A stretch of DNA of 64,000 nucleotides from Promethearchaeota archaeon (lineage in GTDB: Archaea > Asgardarchaeota > Lokiarchaeia > Sigyniarchaeales > SOKP01). Location of the stretch: NCBI GenBank assembly GCA_030599585.1, contig JAUVNS010000005.1, positions 160,001 through 224,000 of the forward strand, written 5' to 3'. Positions 20,155 to 30,968 of the stretch are shown piece after piece. Below the pieces are notes generated by a model, which searched no databases, was not told the origin of the DNA, and saw only the letters and a list, made by a program, of their open reading frames with translations. Within the stretch, counting starts at the first letter, position 1. Every line of letters begins with the position of its first letter. The position numbers and the translations under genes were made by a program.

Positions 20155-21456
20155 CTAATTTAAATTTTCTAAACCAATCTCTTCTTCTGCATATTTCTTC
20201 AATGCAATCCATTGAGCATCACTTGTCCCATAATATTTAAAAACCGCGATACCCAAACCAAAATCGAATCTTCTCATTTGTTTAAGCATTTCCTTTGAAT
20301 TACATTCAACAGAATTTGTTACTGCTAAGATTGGACTTCTGAATTCGTGAATTCTTTTCTTCATGTTCCTTGTAAAATACCAATAAAAAAGATTACCAAC
20401 TTTCCCCCAATACCACCCATCGTCTCGCGTTCCCATTAAATAAGGATATTCCATGGGTGATGCGACATCTAAAATTGAAGATAATTTTGTCCAATCTTGC
20501 CCCAATCTTTTTTGAGATAACATTTTCTTAGGACCAGGAAGACAAAACCATCCGGAAGTACAATCTTCATCCGTATCCTTTATTACTGTTTGAAGCTTTT
20601 GGGCGTATTCTGCTATAGTTTCTGACTTAAAATCGTACCATTCGTGGCTTTTTAATAATTTAGCTTTAAATCCATAATTTTTATTAAATTTCTCTTTACA
20701 TCGATCACAACAGCATAAATCAGTAAAAGCCCCATCATATCTAATGTAATCAGCGAAGAAACTGCTAACCGAATAGTTTTTGACGACTTCTCGTGTTAGA
20801 TCTAGAAGATAATCAACATGTTTACTATTCGGGCACATAAAACTAGTAGTAGGTATGTATCCTTTTCCTCTGGTGCCCCTTGCTTTTCCCTTCTTTAAAT
20901 CAATCTTTTCAGTAAGGAAGGGGACTTTCTTTTTATAATCTTTAAACAACACACCTTCAGGCAAATCAATTCTCATTTCACCTTCTTCGTGGGTTGATAT
21001 TTCTCCTTTGTTGTATAGAATTCCAGATTTTTTGCCTGTTTTTCCATGAATACTAACGCGCTCAGGGTGGATAGCACCTTGATAAGCATCGTTCATACTA
21101 GTAAAAGATACCATTATCTTTATGCTTCGATCATTACCCGCATCGCAAAATTCCCCTAAGATATCTCTATTGGTCGGATTCCATCCAACTTTCGTATCCC
21201 ATATACACGCTCCGTCAGTGTCTTTAATCACAAGCCCTAAGAGATTGATGTGGTGTTTTTCTAATTTATCCATGACTTCAATTACATTCAATTCTCTTTC
21301 AGCATATTCATAATCTAACTTTCTAAATCCTTTTTGCCCTCTTACCGGCATTAATCCCATACCATAAATTTGATTTGTTTTAAAAGCGAATTTAAATTCT
21401 GATATTTCTTTGGGATCTGTTTTATAATAATCTGACCAATTAACTGCGCCTTTCAT
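20155..21456 (-). CDS. Glycoside hydrolase-like TIM-barrel protein (GHL6/GHL10-like)
   Basis: KDTDG, MCPNS, ADYIRY, CCCDRC, GQDW, PMEY motifs. Confidence 0.55.
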   Translation of the reverse strand: MKGAVNWSDYYKTDPKEISEFKFAFKTNQIYGMGLMPVRGQKGFRKLDYEYAERELNVIEVMDKLEKHHINLLGLVIKDTDGACIWDTKVGWNPTNRDILGEFCDAGNDRSIKIMVSFTSMNDAYQGAIHPERVSIHGKTGKKSGILYNKGEISTHEEGEMRIDLPEGVLFKDYKKKVPFLTEKIDLKKGKARGTRGKGYIPTTSFMCPNSKHVDYLLDLTREVVKNYSVSSFFADYIRYDGAFTDLCCCDRCKEKFNKNYGFKAKLLKSHEWYDFKSETIAEYAQKLQTVIKDTDEDCTSGWFCLPGPKKMLSQKRLGQDWTKLSSILDVASPMEYPYLMGTRDDGWYWGKVGNLFYWYFTRNMKKRIHEFRSPILAVTNSVECNSKEMLKQMRRFDFGLGIAVFKYYGTSDAQWIALKKYAEEEIGLENLN

Positions 21457-21741
21457 CTAATCTCAAAGCTCATTTAGATTTTTTTTTAATAAGTCATCTA
21501 ATAAATTTTAGTAAAATAGATAGTCTCACTCTTCAAATTCGATAATTATTTAAAACAATTCTCTTAGTAAATCTTTAAGATTATTAGAATTTTTAATAAT
21601 ACAATCATTTAAACATTTATATATACTATAACGATTATTTATAATTGAAATCAAATTAAAATATATACCTATCACATCAATTTAATAGAAAAGGCAAAAT
21701 AATCAAGATAGATAGTTTTATTTGGAGAAAAATGAACAAAA

Positions 21742-22266
21742 ATGTACGACGCCACCTTTAAAATAATTATTTTCGGAGATGCGGGTTGTGGGAAAACCAC
21801 TCTGACTCAAAGATTTTTAACGAATTTATTTGTTTCAGATCAAACAATGACGATCGGTGTAGACTTTGAAGTAAAAAGCCTAACAGTTGACGAACAAAAA
21901 GTAAAATTACAGATTTGGGATTTTGGAGGAGAAGAGAGATTTAGGTTTTTACTCCCTACATATGTGAGAGGTGCTCGTGGTGGTCTATTCTTATACGATA
22001 TAACTAATTTTTCCTCAATTGCTCACATTGATGATTGGCTTAGCGTTATACGAAAAGAAATAAGAGCTGAAGATATTTTTCCCATCATTGTAGTTGGAGG
22101 AAAGGCAGATTTAGTAGAAAGCAGAGAAGTCTCATCTGCAGAAGGTATTAAAATTGCGAAATCAAGAAATGTAAATGGTTTTATTGAAACAAGCTCTAAA
22201 TCGGGAGAAAACGTAGAAAAAACTTTCGAAGCATTAACGAGATTAATGCTTAATGACGCAAAATAG
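21742..22266 (+). CDS. Rab-like small GTPase with variant G3/G4
   Basis: GDAGCGKT, TIGVDF, KLQIWDFGGE, GKAD, SSK motifs. Confidence 0.93.
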   Translation: MYDATFKIIIFGDAGCGKTTLTQRFLTNLFVSDQTMTIGVDFEVKSLTVDEQKVKLQIWDFGGEERFRFLLPTYVRGARGGLFLYDITNFSSIAHIDDWLSVIRKEIRAEDIFPIIVVGGKADLVESREVSSAEGIKIAKSRNVNGFIETSSKSGENVEKTFEALTRLMLNDAK

Positions 22267-22335
22267 AGATTGAATAGTCAAAAACTACACATAGAACCAT
22301 TTATTTACAAAAAAAGTATTGCTTCTTAATCAATA

Positions 22336-23202
22336 TTATCTATTTATGATTTCAGTAATTTTTTCGGGTACTCTTGTGTTAATCCTTCGATTCAATACCA
22401 TTGTTTGATACTCCATGTCTTTCCTATATTGGTTCGCATACCCAATTAACTGCTCGATAATTTCAATTTCTTTCTCTCCATCAATAATACGGTATCCTCC
22501 AAAACTGGGTATTTCAGCGTAGTTATGATTTAGAATTTCTTGAAGCTCGTCTGGTAACACATCTGTTCTATCTTTTAATGCTGAGTTTATGGAATCAAGT
22601 AGATCTCTATATCTTTCTTGTTTGCCGAACTGACATAAGACGCATTTCAAGGCTCTATTTTTAAGAATATAAAGTATTATTATACCAATTAGGTATCTAA
22701 ATGATTCGACTATTTCATTAAAGTTACCTTTTTTCATGTATTTTTTCACGATAATTTCTGTAATTGAATATAAACTTGAGAAATATATCGCTCTGGAAAA
22801 ATAGGCCGGGTCAACACAGAACAATCGTGTGAACCAAAAGGGGCTAATTTCGAGAGGCGGATCTTCATAAAGAATATAGTTTACTAATCTTCCATCCCGT
22901 TCTTTGTATAGTGTCGTTTCTCTTTTTAGAATATTTAAGTAGGTTGAAATTGTGGACCGTGCGATATCTTTAAAAAATTTCTTATACTCTACTTCTACTT
23001 CACGCGTTGTGACTCTTTTCTTACCCTCGAGAAAGAATTTTAGCATGATGCCTAAAATTCGGTTCTCGTGAAGTCTTCCAGTTTTTACCTGCTGTTGCTC
23101 GCTCTCGTCTTCCCGTATGTTATAAATATCAATTAATTCAGGAGCGATTTCGTGAATAATTTTTTCTAATATATAGATGTTTAATTCAGTAATTTCTAAC
23201 AA
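22336..23202 (-). CDS. Winged-helix DNA-binding protein
   Basis: VTTREV....IARSTISTYLNILK...L.KERDGR.V.Y wHTH pattern; TTG start preceded by GAGGA. Confidence 0.6.
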   Translation of the reverse strand: MLEITELNIYILEKIIHEIAPELIDIYNIREDESEQQQVKTGRLHENRILGIMLKFFLEGKKRVTTREVEVEYKKFFKDIARSTISTYLNILKRETTLYKERDGRLVNYILYEDPPLEISPFWFTRLFCVDPAYFSRAIYFSSLYSITEIIVKKYMKKGNFNEIVESFRYLIGIIILYILKNRALKCVLCQFGKQERYRDLLDSINSALKDRTDVLPDELQEILNHNYAEIPSFGGYRIIDGEKEIEIIEQLIGYANQYRKDMEYQTMVLNRRINTRVPEKITEIINR

Positions 23203-23409
23203 TCCTCAAAATTGATATTTATTATAACTTATTAAAAAAAATGTAAACTTTTAATAATATTTATTCTAGTTAAATAGAATATTAATTTCTAATTATAAAA
23301 CTCCTATAAAAATGGGACGTTAAGGAATATTTTCATAATTATATTCAAAAATTAAAAGATATTAAAAAAATAGATGAATTATAGATTTTTATGAATTGTA
23401 TCTTGGCGG

Positions 23410-25239
23410 TTATTGATCGTATTTTTCTTTCCAGATTGGATCGTTGATTTGTAATATCCTACGTTGAACCTTACCAAGGATATTTTTAGGAACTTCTGTG
23501 ATAAACTCGATCATCCTTGGACACTTCCATTTCGTTAAGTTTTCTTGCGTCCAAGCAATCAATTCATCTTCAGTAATCTTACCGATGTATTCAGGTTTCA
23601 ATTCAACCCAAGCTTTTGTGATTTCGCCAACTTTTCCCGCAGGATCTGGTAGACCAGACACTGCTGCTTCAGATACTGCTTCGTGTTTCATTAACATCGA
23701 TTCCACCTCTTTTGGGAAAACAGAATGTCCTGCTACTTTAATAAGTTGCTTTTTTCTATCCCTAATCTCAATAGTCCCATCTTCATTCATAAAACCAATG
23801 TCTCCAGTTAAGAGCCATAATGCTCCCTTATATGTTTTAATAGTTTCGCTCGTTTCTTCTGGTTGATTGAGGTATTCGTACATAATTTGAGGACCGTGTA
23901 CACAAATTTCACCAGTGTGTTCTTCTCCAAAATTCGTTTCGTCCGGATTTCCTAAACAAATGGGTCCATCGTCAAAATTATCCGTTGGCCATATTCCCCA
24001 TTCTGTGCCTGGAACAGGTAATCCAATAACTCCTATTGGACTTTCACTAAAGAGATTGCCTGCACTAACAAGAGGCGAAGTTTCTGTTAATCCATAACCC
24101 TCTACAATATTACCTCCTGTGTTATTTACAAAAGCATCTCGTACCGGTCGATGTAAAGGACCTGCTCCTGACGCACATAATTTTAATTTACCCATTACTC
24201 CTGGATATTTCCCTTTGATATCTGGAAAATCAGCTAATCGCTTAAATAAAATTTCAGCGCCGGCATAAACTAATCCTTCAGGGGCTGGTAACTTCTCAAT
24301 GTGTTCTAATAATTCTTCTGTGGGTGGAGGTGTTGGAAACATCATTATCCATCCTCCAAAGGCGATAGTTGCGTTCATAACTATTGTATGAGCAAAACTG
24401 TGAAAAAATGGAAGTACGCCGATATTTCCTATTCCCGGTTTTTCACCGCCAAGCCAATATTTGGCTTGTTCCGCATTAGAAACTGCATTAAAATGAGATA
24501 AAACTGCCGCTTTAGGTACTCCCGTTGTTCCACCTGTCATAATATATGTAACTGGGTGTGTTTTAACATCGATTTTAACTTCAGGAACGTTTGGTTTGGT
24601 TTCTAATAAATCCATAAAATTAACCGCGCCGGGGATATCTACTTTTCCCGTAGGAATTCTTCCTATTTTCTTTCCTATTTTACGTTTGAAGCCTAAACCG
24701 TGAGCTAAATCAGCAAGATTAGTATATATAACTTTTTCAACAGTACTTTTACCAAGAATCTCTCCTATATAAGGTAAATTCTTCTTTATTCGAGATTTAC
24801 TGTTCTCGTCAAAGAAGGCATCGTAAGCAATTAAATATTTAGCGTTAGTTACATCTAATTGGTGTAGTATCTCTAGTGGTTTATATGTTGGATTAATTCC
24901 CGATGCGATTGCTCCTATTCTTGTTATTGCAAAATAAGAAACTACGTATTGAATGCAATTTCCCATAAGCATAGCTACAACATCGCCCTTTTTAACACCT
25001 AGGTCGTGAAGAGCCGTTGCAAAGCTTAAAACATAATCGTGGAATTGACGATATGTTACCCAGGTCTCCAAAAACCAGATAAAATTCTGATCGCTATATT
25101 TTTCCACTTGGGCATCTAAAAATTGATTTACCGTTTTCTCATCGAATTTTACGTTCTTTGGAACGTTATCCGGCCACCACTTTTTGAACCATAACTTATT
25201 CTCATTTACTTGATAAGTATCTTTTTCTATAATAGGTAT
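23410..25239 (-). CDS. Long-chain acyl-CoA ligase (AMP-binding); start extended to ATA at 25239
   Basis: TGGTTGVPK, EGYGLTE, TGDIG, RDRKK motifs; the frame stays open and homologous to the neighbouring paralog for 44 codons upstream of the GTG at 25107. Confidence 0.9.
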   Translation of the reverse strand: MPIIEKDTYQVNENKLWFKKWWPDNVPKNVKFDEKTVNQFLDAQVEKYSDQNFIWFLETWVTYRQFHDYVLSFATALHDLGVKKGDVVAMLMGNCIQYVVSYFAITRIGAIASGINPTYKPLEILHQLDVTNAKYLIAYDAFFDENSKSRIKKNLPYIGEILGKSTVEKVIYTNLADLAHGLGFKRKIGKKIGRIPTGKVDIPGAVNFMDLLETKPNVPEVKIDVKTHPVTYIMTGGTTGVPKAAVLSHFNAVSNAEQAKYWLGGEKPGIGNIGVLPFFHSFAHTIVMNATIAFGGWIMMFPTPPPTEELLEHIEKLPAPEGLVYAGAEILFKRLADFPDIKGKYPGVMGKLKLCASGAGPLHRPVRDAFVNNTGGNIVEGYGLTETSPLVSAGNLFSESPIGVIGLPVPGTEWGIWPTDNFDDGPICLGNPDETNFGEEHTGEICVHGPQIMYEYLNQPEETSETIKTYKGALWLLTGDIGFMNEDGTIEIRDRKKQLIKVAGHSVFPKEVESMLMKHEAVSEAAVSGLPDPAGKVGEITKAWVELKPEYIGKITEDELIAWTQENLTKWKCPRMIEFITEVPKNILGKVQRRILQINDPIWKEKYDQ

Positions 25240-25414
25240 TTTTATTCACTCTCGTTGTAATCTAAATTGATTTAAATATAATAAAATATCATAGTATTTT
25301 ATTTTCGTTATTATAGAAATTAAGATATAATTTCCTTACTACATTCAAAAGCAAGAATTTTCTTTTTAGAAGTAGTTTAGAAACATATGTAAAATGAAAT
25401 TGAGAAAGATTTTT

Positions 25415-27205
25415 TTATTCTGCGTATTTTTTTTTCCAGATAGGATCGTTTATTTGGAGAGCACGCCTTTGAACCTTCCCTATGATATTTTTTGGTAAAT
25501 CTCCAATAATTGCAATGTGGTGAGGTACTTTATAATGAGCCATATTTCCATTAGCCCACTCTTTTATTGATCGTGGAGACAAATCAGAATCCTCCTTTAT
25601 AGAAACCCAGGCTTTTATAACTTCCCCGTATTCATCGCTTGGCAAACCCGATACAGCAACTTCTAGGATATCAGGGTGCTTCATTAAGAGTTCTTCTACC
25701 TCCTTTGGAAAGACTGAAAAACCTTTGAACTTAATCAACTGTTTCTTACGATCTCTTATCTCAATTGTGCCATCTTCGTTCATAAAACCGATATCTCCAG
25801 TTAAAAGCCAAGTTTTCCCGTCATATTGAAGTAATGTATTAGCTGTCTCTTCAGGATGATCTAAATAACATTTCATTATTTGAGGTCCGTAAACACATAT
25901 TTCTCCAGTATGCTCAACTCCAAAATTTGTACAGTCAGGATTTCCAAGACAAATCGGTCCTTTAGAAAAATCATCTGAGTGAAAAATGCCCCATCCCGTT
26001 CCTGGAAAAGGCATACCTATCACTCCAACCGGACTCTCTCCAAATAAATTGCCTGCACTTACCGCGGGACTTGCTTCACTTAATCCATATCCTTCTACAA
26101 TTCTTCCTCCCGTGTTGTTAACGAAAGCGTCCCGTACGTGTTTATGTAAAGGTCCAGCACTCGAAATACATAATTTTAATTTTCCCATTACTCCTGGATA
26201 TCTTCGATTTAAGTGTTTTAACTCAGCAAGCTTTATAAACAAAATTTCTGCCCCTGCATATATCAAACCTTCTGAACATGGTAGCTTCTCTATTAACTCA
26301 CATAAATCGTCTTGAGATGGTGGTGTTGGGAAAAGCATCATCCAACCTCCTATTGCAATAGAAGTGTTCATGACTATAGTGTGTGCGAAACTATGGAACA
26401 TAGGGAGTATACCTATATTTCCTATACCTGGCATTTCCCCTCCTAACCACAGCTTGCATTGCTCTGCATTCGATACGACGTTAAAATGGCTTAATACTGC
26501 AGCTTTCGGTAAACCTGTAGATCCTCCTGTCATAATATATGTAGCGGCATCATTTTTTACGTCAATACTTACATTTATATCAGCCTCTCTTGGTTCAGTT
26601 TTCATAAGATCTTTGAATTTGATTGCTCCTTCACAATTACATTTTCCGGTTGGAATTTTTTTTAAGAACTTTCCAAGAATTTTCTTAGTTCCAAACATCT
26701 GAACTAAATCAACTAAATTAGTATAAACTACAATTTCAATATCTGTATTTCCAATTATGGGGCTAATGTAAGGTTCAAATAAAGCATCTAGCACGATTAA
26801 CATTTTAGGTTTAACAATATCTATTTGATGTAAAATTTCCATGGGCTGGTATGTTGGATTTATACCCGTAGCAATTGCTCCTATCCGCGTAATGGCGTAA
26901 TAAGACACAATATATTGAACGCAATTTGGTAGATGAATGGCAACAACATCCCCCTTTTTGATTCCCAAATCGACTAAAGCAGTAGCAAACCTTTTTACGT
27001 AATTTTGAAATTGCTTATAAGTTACCCAAGAGTCGAGAAACCATATCAGATTATGATCGGGATATTTCTCAACTTGGGCATCTAACATCTCATTCAAGGA
27101 TTTCTCTTCAAAAATTGCGTTATATGGCACATTTTCAGGCCACCATGTTTGAAACCATCGCTTACTCTCGTCAATTTGGTATGATTTGTTTGTGCTAGTA
27201 ACCAT
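25415..27205 (-). CDS. Long-chain acyl-CoA ligase (AMP-binding), tandem paralog
   Basis: TGGSTGLPK, EGYGLSE, TGDIG, GKVQRR motifs. Confidence 0.93.
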   Translation of the reverse strand: MVTSTNKSYQIDESKRWFQTWWPENVPYNAIFEEKSLNEMLDAQVEKYPDHNLIWFLDSWVTYKQFQNYVKRFATALVDLGIKKGDVVAIHLPNCVQYIVSYYAITRIGAIATGINPTYQPMEILHQIDIVKPKMLIVLDALFEPYISPIIGNTDIEIVVYTNLVDLVQMFGTKKILGKFLKKIPTGKCNCEGAIKFKDLMKTEPREADINVSIDVKNDAATYIMTGGSTGLPKAAVLSHFNVVSNAEQCKLWLGGEMPGIGNIGILPMFHSFAHTIVMNTSIAIGGWMMLFPTPPSQDDLCELIEKLPCSEGLIYAGAEILFIKLAELKHLNRRYPGVMGKLKLCISSAGPLHKHVRDAFVNNTGGRIVEGYGLSEASPAVSAGNLFGESPVGVIGMPFPGTGWGIFHSDDFSKGPICLGNPDCTNFGVEHTGEICVYGPQIMKCYLDHPEETANTLLQYDGKTWLLTGDIGFMNEDGTIEIRDRKKQLIKFKGFSVFPKEVEELLMKHPDILEVAVSGLPSDEYGEVIKAWVSIKEDSDLSPRSIKEWANGNMAHYKVPHHIAIIGDLPKNIIGKVQRRALQINDPIWKKKYAE

Positions 27206-27350
27206 ATTGGTCTTACCTTATTTTTTCTAATAACAAGTGATTAAGATCACTTTGATAACTCTGAATTTAAAACTATCCTTAACAATACTGAAGCCAGAAA
27301 AATAAAAAAATAAAAATAAAAAAAAGAGTGTTATTTAATTTGATTGAGAC

Positions 27351-29486
27351 CTAAAATCTCGAATCTTTACGCCTTTTAATTAAAATGGTAGCAACACCTA
27401 ATAAACCGACACCGGCAACCAAGAGAATTAAAGCCCAGAAACCTGTAGCTTCAAAGACCATGAACACGCTGAACGTAGGATCGTGCCAAATTCCACTTCC
27501 ATCCTCGAACATTGGAAAACATACCGCGTAAACCATGACGCTGAAAGTAACGTTTAAGCCAATATCAGCAGCAAATGTATCTACTTCACCCGGAGTGCCT
27601 TCAAATGTTTGGTGTGCGTTAGCTTCAGCTTCAAACAAAGCAACTGGAAGTATGCTTGTAGATGCTGGTGCGCTATCAGATGTACCTTCAGCTCCGTAGA
27701 AGTAATCGGGTCCAGCGATATCGACAAAATCTAATTTGTCCCTTATATTATGAGGGAGATAGTTGCCAATCTTAAGAGAATGTTCTACATCATCGTAATC
27801 GTCTGCGGGATCTAATCTTGCAGTTGGATCGTCTCCAATTGTATCGATTTTAAGGTGGAAGTGTAACACTGTTGAAACGTAAATGATAGCAAGGTCTAAT
27901 CCATCGATAGGATTATTAGCGTCAGGTACTGAAGGATCATTCCATGGAGCAAAAAATTGGTCTAACTTAACAGCTCCGTGTAAAACCGGTACGGTACCAC
28001 CATCAGCAGTAGCGAGGTTTATTTTTTTTGGCTCAAAAGTAAATCCAAAGTGAATGTATGCGAGTGATTCTGGAGTAGTTCCTAAATATGAATCTGTATC
28101 TACTCCTACAGGAACAGGGGTAATCGTAGCTTGATTTAGATCTAAACCCCAAGAAACTTTGTCCTCACCCGGGATCTTAACTGGTAAATTAAAATCAATA
28201 TCATTTACAGCACCGAGTAGTAGTCGATGAGTTAATTCTGATGCACGAGGAACCTCTATAGGGCGACCGTCTACTAAAATCGGATCACCAACAGAATTGT
28301 TTACTTGTACGTAATTTGCAGATAATCTGTTGTCGAGATTTGTATCATTGTATAAGAAAGCTCCGGTTAAGTGATGCGTGAATAAGAAAAATTCAATATC
28401 CAATCCTTGAAAGATTGCGGCAGGGTTAATAGAACCTCCTCCACCACCTAGTAAACTCAAAATCTCGGCTACATCAATGTGTATTTCGAAATTTTTAATC
28501 CATAATTGGAAGAGATCAAAGGTAAATTCAGTAAATCCTTTTTGAAGATTAGCGACAACATCAACTTCGGTTAATAACCACTCCATAAGAGAATCTTGTC
28601 TAGCATGAGCAGTGACATTCCACGAGTCCAATAAAGTATTTCCTGAAGGAACAACATCTGTGAAGAGATCATCAGCAAGATCTATTTGCCAATCAGTTCC
28701 AGTAACTTTCCATGTTTTAGTAATACTAAATCCTGCACCTGTGTAAATATCTAATTTTCGCCAAGTGATAGGATTTAATACAAATAATTCCTCACCAGTA
28801 AAAATGTCGTTAATATGAATTAGGAACCAAGTAATAAGTTCAACGCCTTTTTGAATTAATTCTTCTGGAATTCCTCCAATGCTAGATGTGGCAGGAGATT
28901 CGGTACTTGAAGTGGAAGGACTGTTTATATATGGTTGAAGTTCAGTAAAGAAATTAATAATTCTTTTCACTGCATTAACAAAAGAGCCATCGTTATCCCA
29001 AATAATTAGAGTAACTCCAGCACCTACAGTTAAATTATACTGATATGTTCCAGATGTTTCAACTTCGCAATATGCATATCCATTTTCACTTGCATTATAT
29101 ATTCCTTCGGTATAATCAAAAGGAACCATATAAATTTGTTTCCTTGGAGTGCTGAAATCTCTTAAATCAGAATAAGTTTTTTCATGAGTTGCGCTTATGG
29201 CATAAACTCCCGGTAATATCTCTTTACCGCTAAAGTTAGTTAATGTTTGCATAAACAACATTTCAAAAACTGTCGCTAAAACATTACCTCCGGGACCTAT
29301 ACCCCTAAACATCCCTCCAAGAAGGGTTCCAAAGCCTCCGATAAGAGCAGAAGGATCTGTGATTCCAATTTGGTCGTAAGTATAATCGTTGTCGTAATCG
29401 TAGCCAGCAACCATCATTGGTGTGGCTGTAAAAGAAGCTACCACTAACGCTATAACCATTAAGCTTTTAGTGCTTACTTTTTTCAT
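27351..29486 (-). CDS. Large secreted/surface protein with C-terminal membrane anchor
   Basis: N-terminal signal peptide, acidic beta-rich body with several N-x-S/T sequons, WHDP motif, TM helix and KRRK tail. Confidence 0.75.
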   Translation of the reverse strand: MKKVSTKSLMVIALVVASFTATPMMVAGYDYDNDYTYDQIGITDPSALIGGFGTLLGGMFRGIGPGGNVLATVFEMLFMQTLTNFSGKEILPGVYAISATHEKTYSDLRDFSTPRKQIYMVPFDYTEGIYNASENGYAYCEVETSGTYQYNLTVGAGVTLIIWDNDGSFVNAVKRIINFFTELQPYINSPSTSSTESPATSSIGGIPEELIQKGVELITWFLIHINDIFTGEELFVLNPITWRKLDIYTGAGFSITKTWKVTGTDWQIDLADDLFTDVVPSGNTLLDSWNVTAHARQDSLMEWLLTEVDVVANLQKGFTEFTFDLFQLWIKNFEIHIDVAEILSLLGGGGGSINPAAIFQGLDIEFFLFTHHLTGAFLYNDTNLDNRLSANYVQVNNSVGDPILVDGRPIEVPRASELTHRLLLGAVNDIDFNLPVKIPGEDKVSWGLDLNQATITPVPVGVDTDSYLGTTPESLAYIHFGFTFEPKKINLATADGGTVPVLHGAVKLDQFFAPWNDPSVPDANNPIDGLDLAIIYVSTVLHFHLKIDTIGDDPTARLDPADDYDDVEHSLKIGNYLPHNIRDKLDFVDIAGPDYFYGAEGTSDSAPASTSILPVALFEAEANAHQTFEGTPGEVDTFAADIGLNVTFSVMVYAVCFPMFEDGSGIWHDPTFSVFMVFEATGFWALILLVAGVGLLGVATILIKRRKDSRF

Positions 29487-29797
29487 TATTTATAATCACA
29501 TTATTTTTTTTTAAATTTAGGTACTTAAAATAAGAATAGACTTTTTGTTTTTAATTGTTTATATTCTAATTCAATAGAAATTTTAAAACTAAGAGTTTGA
29601 ACCTAATTATATTAGATGATTTCAGAATAGTAAAATGTTTCGGTTAAACTAATTCTTAGTTTTTATATTTTTTTTAATTTAATGCATGATTAATTTAAAC
29701 TCATATTTGATTTTATAGTTCTTAATAAATACTCTTCAATCAATAATTGAATGAAGTAAAAAACAAGTGAAATTGAAAATAGATGTAATAATAAAGG

Positions 29798-30805
29798 TTA
29801 ATCTTCCAAAGTAATGAAAGTGTAAAATAATACGAATATGTATAATATCGCTGAAATCAATAAACTCCATACTCTCAAAAATTCTGATAATTCTTCGGTT
29901 GTTAAAATCACATTTGAACCAATAAACACAGCTGCGATTAAATAACCTAAAAAATAGCTTTTAAAACTTCCATATTTTGACCTACCCCTTATAAGATTGA
30001 TGAGGTAAGTAAAGATTACGATAATTAAACCCGCAGTGTAAATCAGCTCAACGATGGGATAATTGTTTAGATCCAGAAACAAAAAAAAACCAAAAAGAAA
30101 TACGACTAAAACCTTCACATTTGCAAAACGCTTCTTTTGGGTGGTATCTGTAAATAATTGTTCGTATTCGCTAATACCTGAATTAGATAACAAGATAATA
30201 AGAGAACCGATTGATAAAGCCGTGAATAAGGAATAAGATATTTTAAATAGATAAGGAATAAGGTAGAGCCAAATGTTATTCCATAAAAAAATAGGTAGGG
30301 CTAAAAACTCAGGTATTATACTCGCTGTACAGAAGATTGGGATTACAGCCGCTAATATCATTACAATCTTAGTCAACTTCGATGTTTCTGTATCCTCTTC
30401 CCAACTTTCTTTTCTAAAAGTTGTTAAACGCCACGCAAAAGAAGCAAAGCTTAATATAGAAATTACGGGGGTTATGATTGGAAAGATAAATATAAAGAGA
30501 ATATAAACAGCATTGATACCATAAAAAAATTTTAACCTTGAAGGAACTACACTTATTTTATCGTCAAAAGATTCCATTGTGTTAGCAAATCGATTCGCAA
30601 ATAAAATTAGGAAAAATAACCAAGATATACTATAAACAATAGGGCTCAGTATTTTTATAACAAAAAAATTCAAACTCGCATCGTTAGAATACCATAAATT
30701 AAAATCAACTAAAGAAAAAATCAAAAAAATACTCAATGGTACCAAAATAATAGAAAGCAAAACAATTAAACGAGGGATTAGAACTCCCTTAACAGTTTTC
30801 GACAT
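29798..30805 (-). CDS. Polytopic membrane protein of unknown function
   Basis: About 9-10 hydrophobic segments. Confidence 0.75.
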   Translation of the reverse strand: MSKTVKGVLIPRLIVLLSIILVPLSIFLIFSLVDFNLWYSNDASLNFFVIKILSPIVYSISWLFFLILFANRFANTMESFDDKISVVPSRLKFFYGINAVYILFIFIFPIITPVISILSFASFAWRLTTFRKESWEEDTETSKLTKIVMILAAVIPIFCTASIIPEFLALPIFLWNNIWLYLIPYLFKISYSLFTALSIGSLIILLSNSGISEYEQLFTDTTQKKRFANVKVLVVFLFGFFLFLDLNNYPIVELIYTAGLIIVIFTYLINLIRGRSKYGSFKSYFLGYLIAAVFIGSNVILTTEELSEFLRVWSLLISAILYIFVLFYTFITLED

Positions 30806-30968
30806 CGATCACATATGTATCTGCTTTTAATAATTATATATATAATGATGATACGATATTTTAAAATCTCTGTTTTATCTGTGTATCTTTGAGGAATCTA
30901 ATTTATCTGGTGATTCAAAAAAAAATTAAAAAAAGAATACGATCTTTTAATTATGTTTCCTAATTGTT

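Noticed and set aside
23498-26702. Plus-strand ORFs within the acyl-CoA ligase genes
   Set aside because: Antisense shadows; the same applies to the other short overlapping ORFs in the track
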